64,000 nucleotides of DNA from Candidatus Sericytochromatia bacterium (GTDB taxonomy: Bacteria; Cyanobacteriota; Sericytochromatia; S15B-MN24; UBA4093). The notes under the pieces were generated by a model that worked only from the letters and a program-made list of their open reading frames with translations, was not told where the DNA came from and did no database searches. The position numbers and the translations under genes were made by a program. Shown here one piece after another: positions 58,306-64,000 of the stretch. The DNA is taken from the NCBI GenBank assembly GCA_036676495.1, contig JAKFCT010000091.1:1-64000 (forward strand). Direction: 5' to 3'. Position 1 is the first letter of the stretch. Each line of letters opens with the position of its first letter.

Positions 58306-59090
58306 TTGTGGCTGGGCTCCACGACGCGGACGAAGAGGTCTTCCAGCGACTCATGCTGGGTGAGTTCCGAGACCGAGCCGTAGCTCACGAGCTTCCCGTT
58401 GCAGAGGATCCCGATCCGGTCGCAGATCAGCTCGACGTCCGAGAGGATGTGCGTGTTGAAGAAGAGCGTCTTGCCCTCCTGCTTGAGCGAGAGGATCAGA
58501 TCGCGAAGCTGCTTGCGCCCGACCGGATCCAGGCCGCTCATCGGCTCGTCGAGGAAGACCAGCTCCGGGTCGTTCACCAGGGCCTGGGCCACCCCGATCC
58601 GCTGGAGCATGCCCTTGGAGTACTTGCGAAGCTGGGTGTCGGCGGCATGCGTCATGCTGAGCCGTTCGAGGAGGTCCTTCACGCGGGCTTCGAGCGTGGC
58701 CTTGGGGATCTGGAAGAGGCCTCCGCAGAAGTGAAGGAACTCCCTTCCGGTCAGGTAGGTGTAGAAGTAAGGGTTCTCGGGCAGGTAGCCGACGCGCTCG
58801 CGCACGGAGGTCTGATCCGGAGTGGCGCCGAGCACCGAGACCGTGCCTGAGCTGGGGCGCATCAGGCCGAGCACGATCTTCTGAAGGGTGGTCTTGCCGG
58901 CGCCGTTGGGGCCCAGGAGGCCGAAGGTCTCTCCCGGGTAGACGCTGAGGCTGACCCCGTCGAGGCCGACCTTGCGGGGCTGGCCCAGCTGCGCGGGGAA
59001 GATCTTGGTCAGGTTCTCAATCCGGACGCAGGGCGTCTCGGCGCTTTGCGTCACGGTGCTTTGCGGCTTTTCGTTCGGAGTCGTCGCCAT
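58302..59090 (-). CDS. ABC transporter ATP-binding protein (PilH-like)
   Basis: GPNGAGKTT, YSKGMLQR, LDEPMSGLDP, NTHILSD. Confidence 0.95.
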   Translation of the reverse strand: MATTPNEKPQSTVTQSAETPCVRIENLTKIFPAQLGQPRKVGLDGVSLSVYPGETFGLLGPNGAGKTTLQKIVLGLMRPSSGTVSVLGATPDQTSVRERVGYLPENPYFYTYLTGREFLHFCGGLFQIPKATLEARVKDLLERLSMTHAADTQLRKYSKGMLQRIGVAQALVNDPELVFLDEPMSGLDPVGRKQLRDLILSLKQEGKTLFFNTHILSDVELICDRIGILCNGKLVSYGSVSELTQHESLEDLFVRVVEPSHK

Positions 59091-59326
59091 GGCCTCTCTT
59101 CGCATTCTTGCTCTCCGGCGCCCGCGGTGCGCAAGGGCCCTCGCGCTTCGCGGGCAGAGAAGGGCGCAGGCAAATGATAACAACCCGCTCGCCCGTTGCC
59201 AAGGGTCGCTCGTCTGGGGCGGCGCTGGTCGGCTCCGGACGTCACGGGGGCGCGTCGGTTGCTTCGAATGATGTGCTGCGGTATGATAGGTTGCTATTTC
59301 AGTGTCTCCGCGAAAGGGGGCCGGCC

Positions 59327-60706
59327 TTGCAACCTTCCACGCCTGAGCTTGCCCATGTCCCGGCCCTTCTGGAGCCGGGGCAAGTCCTGGCGCGGTCGTT
59401 GCTGGATCCGGCCCGGGGCCATGCGCTGCTCGCCGCGGGCTCGGTCCTGACCCCGGTGATCATCGACAAGATCCTGAGGCTCGGCCTGGCCGACGAGACG
59501 CTGCGATGCCTGGGATCCGCCGTCCAAGGGGGGCCTGCGAAGGCGCCTCCGCCCGTGCGCCGGGAGGCCGAGGTCCTCGAGGCCTCGCTCTACGAAGGGA
59601 TCGATCATCTCTTCGGTACGCCCGCCTTCCGGGACGAGCCTTTCCAGCAGGCCTGGAATCTGGTCAGGGGGTTGATTCCGCGGATCCAGGAGTCGATGCC
59701 CGTGCATCGCCGGGATTTCCGCATCCAGGGCGGCGGGATCGCCGTCCACCCGATCAACGTCATGCTCCTGGCCTTGCAGCTCGGCGCCGCCATGCGCTTG
59801 CCGCAAGCCGAATTGCTCAGCCTCGCCCAGGCCTCCTTGCTGCATGACATCGGGAAGCGGCGGCTCGGCAAGGAGCGCTTCAAGAGCTCGGCGATCAACT
59901 CCTACGAGCGCCGGATGCTGGAGCGGCATGTCGAGTACGGCCTGGACCTCTTGGACCGCTACCGGGATCAGTTTCCTCCGCTGAGTGCCTCGGCGCGCGA
60001 CGGCATCCACGCGCACCATGAGCGCTGGGACGGCACGGGCTACCCGCGGGGCCTCAAAGGGGAGCGGATCCCGCTGCTGGGCCGGATCATCGCGATCGCC
60101 GACTCCTACGACGCCATGCTCTCCGATCAGGTTTACCGCAGGCGGCTCTTGCCGGAGGAGGCCTACCGGGAGATCCTGGCCCAATCGGGGAAAGCCTACG
60201 ATCCGGCGATCGCCCAGATCTTCAAGCGCGTGATCGCTCCTTACCCCATGAACTCCCTGATCCGGCTCGACACGGGAGACGTCGCGCGGGTGATCGCCCT
60301 GGGCGAGGATCATTGCCGCCCGATCGTGCGCATGCCGGGCGTGATGGATCCGGTCGACCTCGCCGGCCCCCGCACGCCGCGCATCATCCGGGCGCTCTAC
60401 CCGCGCCGTTTCCCCCGCTTCCCCAGGGTTTCCCCCGTCGCCCTCCGCGTGCCCCACGAGCACGGCGCCTTCTCGGGCTGCACGCTCAACCTGAGCCTGG
60501 GGGGAGCGTGCGTGGCCCTGGATGCGAGCCTCGATCCCGGGACCATGCTCACCATGGTGCTGAGCATGCCGGGCGCCCCGCGCCTGGAGCTTCCGGGGAT
60601 GGTGGTCTGGACCGCGAAGGCCCGCAGCAAGACCTGCCTCGGCCTGAGCTTCCACCCCATGCCGGAGGCGGCCCGGGAGTGGATGAGCGCCTTCTGCCGC
60701 GCCTGA
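59327..60706 (+). CDS. HD-GYP phosphodiesterase with C-terminal PilZ domain
   Basis: LLHDIGK, HHERWDGTGYPRGL, IADSYDAM; PilZ RRFPR and NLSLGGA. Start uncertain. Confidence 0.9.
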   Translation: MQPSTPELAHVPALLEPGQVLARSLLDPARGHALLAAGSVLTPVIIDKILRLGLADETLRCLGSAVQGGPAKAPPPVRREAEVLEASLYEGIDHLFGTPAFRDEPFQQAWNLVRGLIPRIQESMPVHRRDFRIQGGGIAVHPINVMLLALQLGAAMRLPQAELLSLAQASLLHDIGKRRLGKERFKSSAINSYERRMLERHVEYGLDLLDRYRDQFPPLSASARDGIHAHHERWDGTGYPRGLKGERIPLLGRIIAIADSYDAMLSDQVYRRRLLPEEAYREILAQSGKAYDPAIAQIFKRVIAPYPMNSLIRLDTGDVARVIALGEDHCRPIVRMPGVMDPVDLAGPRTPRIIRALYPRRFPRFPRVSPVALRVPHEHGAFSGCTLNLSLGGACVALDASLDPGTMLTMVLSMPGAPRLELPGMVVWTAKARSKTCLGLSFHPMPEAAREWMSAFCRA

Positions 60707-62761
60707 TCAGCCCTCTTCTCGCACGAGCGGCAAGCTGAACCAGAAGGTGCTGCCTTTTCCCGGCCCTTCGCTCCGGGCCCCGATGCTGCCGCCGTGGGCT
60801 TCGACGATGAACTTGCAGATGGAGAGCCCGAGCCCCGTGCCTCCCACGGTCCGTGTCGAGGTCATGTCGAGCTGGACGAAGCGCCGGAAGATCTTGGGGA
60901 GGTCTTCCTCGGCGATGCCGATGCCGGTGTCGGTGATTTCCGTGATCAGCCGGTCCTCCTGCGCGTAGGCCTTGATCGTGACGTGTCCTCCGGTGGGCGT
61001 GAACTTGATGGCGTTGTCCAGCAGGTTGCTGATGACCTGGGTGATGCGCTGGCCGTCGATCAGCACCTCTCCGCCGACCTGGAGGTCGGCTTCCAGGCGG
61101 ATCCGCTTGTCCTCGGCGAGGGGGCGCAGGCTGTGGAGGACGTGGGCGACCAGGGAGGGGTACGCGGTGGCGGAGGGCTGGATCGACAGCTTCCCGGCGC
61201 TCATGCGGCTCATCTCCACCAGGTTGTTCACGTGGAAGAGCATGCGATCGGCGCCGTTGAGGATCTTCTTCACGTAGGATTGCTGCGTCTCGTTGAGGGG
61301 GCCGGCCACCTCGTCGTCGAGGATGCTGGCGAAGCCGGTGATGAAGTTGAGGGGCGTGCGCAGCTCGTGGCTGATCACCGCGAGGAAGTCGTCCTTCATG
61401 CGGTCCAGCTTACCGAGGGCGGCGAGCTCGCGCGAGATGGCCTCGATCCGGCGGGGCTCGGTCATGTCGCGGACGACCTTGACGAAGCCGACGAGCTTTC
61501 CCTGGTCGAAGACCGCCGTCACGGCGGTATGGGCCCAGAAGCGCTCGCCGTTCTTGCGGATGCGCCAGCCGTCGTCCTCGACGCTTCCTTCGGCGATCGC
61601 CCGCTCGAGGAGGCGCTCGGGCTTGCCGGCTGCGGCGTCCTCGGGCAGATGAAAGAAGGCATTCGGCTGGCCGAGGATCTCCGCCTCGGAGTAGCCGCTG
61701 ATCGCCTCGGCGCCCGCGTTCCATGACGTCACGCGGCCCCGGGGGTCGAGCATGTAGATGGCGTACTCTTCGACGTTCTGGACCATGAACTCGAACTCGC
61801 GCCGCTGCAAGCGCCGGAGCCGCTCGAGCTCCTGGTTGCTCTCGCGCAGCTCTTGCTCCTGGCGCTTCATGTCCGTGAGGTCGAGGATGGTCGTGCCCAG
61901 GTAGCGCTGGCCGTCGGGGAGCCGGAACGGAAACTTCATGCTCAGCCAGATCTTGGTTTGCCCGTTGGGCAGGGTGGTGCTCTCCTCGAAGGTCATGGCC
62001 CGGTCCTCGGCGAGGACCCGCTGCTCGTTCTCGCGGATCTGCCGCTCATCCTCCGCTGGGAGCCCGGGGAGGGCGATCATGCCGATCGCCTCCGCTGCCG
62101 GGATGCCGAAGAGCGTCTCGAAGTTGCGGCTGACGAAGACGATGCGGCCGGAGGCGTCCTTCATGAGGGAGGCGCTGGGGCTGTGATCCATGAAGGCCGC
62201 GAAGAGCGCCTCGCGCTGGCGGAGCGCTTCTCCGCGCTTGGCGAGCTCGGCTTCCATGTGCATCTGCTCGGAGACCTCGTTGCCCAGGACGAGGATCCCC
62301 AGGATGGTGCCGTTCTTGGCCTTCAGGGCCTGGATGTCGAGGTCCCAGAAGCTGGCGTGAGGGCCCTCCGCATCCGAGTAGGTGAACGGGAAGCGGCGGG
62401 CTTGGAAGGGCAGGCCCGTCGTGAGGACCTGGTGGAGCGGGCCCTCGATCTGATCCTCCGTGCCGTGGAAGACCTCGAAGAGCGGCTTGCCGAGAAAGTC
62501 CGCGACGGATCTCCGGAAGAGCTGGGCGTAGTTCGCGTTGACCCGCCGGTAGACCAGGTTCCGGTCCAGGTAGCAGAAGGCGCCCGGGAAGATCGCGATG
62601 AGCTGCTCGAGGAGCCGGTCGAGCTGGTCGCGCTCCTCGGTGAGCGCGCCGATCCGAGCGGCCTCGTCGGCCTCGACCTGGTCCTTGGCTCTCAAGGCCT
62701 GCTCGAGACGATGGCGGCGGCGGGACTCCTCCCGGAGCAACTGAGAGCAATCGCGTGGCAT
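60707..62761 (-). CDS. Cytoplasmic multi-PAS sensor histidine kinase
   Basis: Three PAS/PAC units; SHELRTPL, NLLDNAIKF, DTGIGI, GTGLGL. Confidence 0.95.
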   Translation of the reverse strand: MPRDCSQLLREESRRRHRLEQALRAKDQVEADEAARIGALTEERDQLDRLLEQLIAIFPGAFCYLDRNLVYRRVNANYAQLFRRSVADFLGKPLFEVFHGTEDQIEGPLHQVLTTGLPFQARRFPFTYSDAEGPHASFWDLDIQALKAKNGTILGILVLGNEVSEQMHMEAELAKRGEALRQREALFAAFMDHSPSASLMKDASGRIVFVSRNFETLFGIPAAEAIGMIALPGLPAEDERQIRENEQRVLAEDRAMTFEESTTLPNGQTKIWLSMKFPFRLPDGQRYLGTTILDLTDMKRQEQELRESNQELERLRRLQRREFEFMVQNVEEYAIYMLDPRGRVTSWNAGAEAISGYSEAEILGQPNAFFHLPEDAAAGKPERLLERAIAEGSVEDDGWRIRKNGERFWAHTAVTAVFDQGKLVGFVKVVRDMTEPRRIEAISRELAALGKLDRMKDDFLAVISHELRTPLNFITGFASILDDEVAGPLNETQQSYVKKILNGADRMLFHVNNLVEMSRMSAGKLSIQPSATAYPSLVAHVLHSLRPLAEDKRIRLEADLQVGGEVLIDGQRITQVISNLLDNAIKFTPTGGHVTIKAYAQEDRLITEITDTGIGIAEEDLPKIFRRFVQLDMTSTRTVGGTGLGLSICKFIVEAHGGSIGARSEGPGKGSTFWFSLPLVREEG

Positions 62762-62825
62762 GGGCCGTGCCTCCCCCGGGGTCTGCTGCTGGGATCATAC
62801 GCAAGCGGGGCGTGCGCAGCAACGC

Positions 62826-64000
62826 TCAGCCGTGCGTGAGCGCCCTCCGGGGCGGGGTTCGCGGCAAGGTGAACCAGAAGGTGCTTCCCTTGCCTTGTTC
62901 GCTGGAGACCCCGATCTCCCCGCCATGCGCTTCCACCAGGGCCTTGGAGATGCTCAGGCCCAGCCCGGTGCCGCTCGTCTGGCGCATGCCGGGCGCCAGC
63001 TGGCTGAAGCGCTGGAAGAGCTTCATGAGGTCCTGGGGAGGGATCCCGATCCCCGTGTCCCGGATCGCGCAGCGGAGCCGCTCCCCCTGGACCTCCGCGC
63101 TGACCTCGACGCGGCCTCCGGCCGCCGTGAACTTGATGGCATTGCCAATCAGGTTCATCAGGATGCGCTCGATCCGGGAGGGATCCATCCATGCGACGAG
63201 GGGCTGTTCGGGAAGCCGGTCCTCGAGCGCGACGTGGGCTTCGTCGGCAATCGGGCGGAGGCTGTCGAGGACCTCGCGGGCCAGCGCGCCGAGATCCGCT
63301 TCCTTGGGGGTGAGCTTGAAGGTCCCGGCGTCCATGCGGGCGAAGTCCAAGAGGTCGTCCACGAGCCGCTCCAAGCGCGACGCGTTGCGCTGGATTTGCT
63401 GCACGAACTCATGCTGCGTCGCGGTCAGTGCTCCTCCGACCGCATCCTCCAGGAACTCGGCGTACCCCACGATCGAGGTCAGGGGAGTGCGCAGGTCATG
63501 GGAGATCGCGTTGACGAAGTTGCTCTTGAGGGCGTCCAATTCCTGGAGCTTGCGGTTCTGCTCCCGGAGACCCTCCTCTTGCCGCTTGCGCTCGGTGATG
63601 TCCCGGATGAACCAGACCCGGCCGAAGTACTCGTCCTGGCTGGAGACGACCGGCGCGGTGTAGCGCTCGAAGGTCCGGCCATCCTTCAAGGCGATCTCGC
63701 TCCGGAGCCGGGTGACGCGGTCGAGCCGGAGGATCTCCTGGGGAATCATGTCCCGGGCGGGATCCATGACGAGCGTACAGACGAAATCCAGCATCGCGTC
63801 GGCGCTGCGGGTCGCCATCACCGCGTCCGGGATGCCCCAGAGCTCCTGGTAGCGGCGGTTGTAGGCGAGCACCCGGCCGTTCTCGTCCACGACCAGGATG
63901 CCGTCGAGATCCGCTTCCTGCTCCGCCTGCAGGACGGCATGGCTGCGCCTCAGCGCGCGCTCGGCCTCGTGCAGCTCGGTGATGTCCAGGGCGACGCCGA
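62826..64000 (-). CDS. PAS sensor histidine kinase (3' part; 5' end beyond the right edge)
   Basis: SHDLRTPL, NLIGNAIKF, DTGIGI, GTGLGL; frame stays open to the window end. Confidence 0.95.
   Translation of the reverse strand, partial: GVALDITELHEAERALRRSHAVLQAEQEADLDGILVVDENGRVLAYNRRYQELWGIPDAVMATRSADAMLDFVCTLVMDPARDMIPQEILRLDRVTRLRSEIALKDGRTFERYTAPVVSSQDEYFGRVWFIRDITERKRQEEGLREQNRKLQELDALKSNFVNAISHDLRTPLTSIVGYAEFLEDAVGGALTATQHEFVQQIQRNASRLERLVDDLLDFARMDAGTFKLTPKEADLGALAREVLDSLRPIADEAHVALEDRLPEQPLVAWMDPSRIERILMNLIGNAIKFTAAGGRVEVSAEVQGERLRCAIRDTGIGIPPQDLMKLFQRFSQLAPGMRQTSGTGLGLSISKALVEAHGGEIGVSSEQGKGSTFWFTLPRTPPRRALTHG

Noticed and set aside
61225-61240. parS-like TGTTCACGTGGAA
   Set aside because: Does not fit the 16-bp palindrome and lies inside a kinase coding region.

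Overview
High-GC bacterial chromosomal window of a diderm (secretin, porins, many lipoproteins). A non-photosynthetic Cyanobacteriota relative such as Sericytochromatia is a weak guess from gene style only. No rRNA, tRNA, CRISPR array, transposase or integrase was recognised. Housekeeping and signalling content: partial glnA, three long methyl-accepting chemotaxis proteins, several two-component genes, a GH13 glycosidase, fadI/fadJ plus a CoA transferase, an orphan ParB, and a type IV pilus locus (ABC trio, pilD-pilMNOP-pilQ) with c-di-GMP modules nearby (HD-GYP-PilZ, stand-alone tandem MshEN). The two best candidates for undescribed systems are: (1) 40.0-45.9 kb, two Sec-exported paralogues ending in an FrpC-type self-processing-module-like domain with Ser-Pro instead of the scissile Asp-Pro, followed by a large secreted protein with an unrecognised ~40-aa repeat; (2) 10.6-20.3 kb, an operon of paralogous lipoproteins with an NHL-tipped member and an adjacent lipoprotein subtilase, next to a kinase/pseudokinase pair. 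Also notable are three apparent pseudoenzymes, a 3 x 58-bp tandem repeat upstream of the pilus operon, and frequent GCGATCGC. All assignments come from motif reading by eye; no database searches were run.
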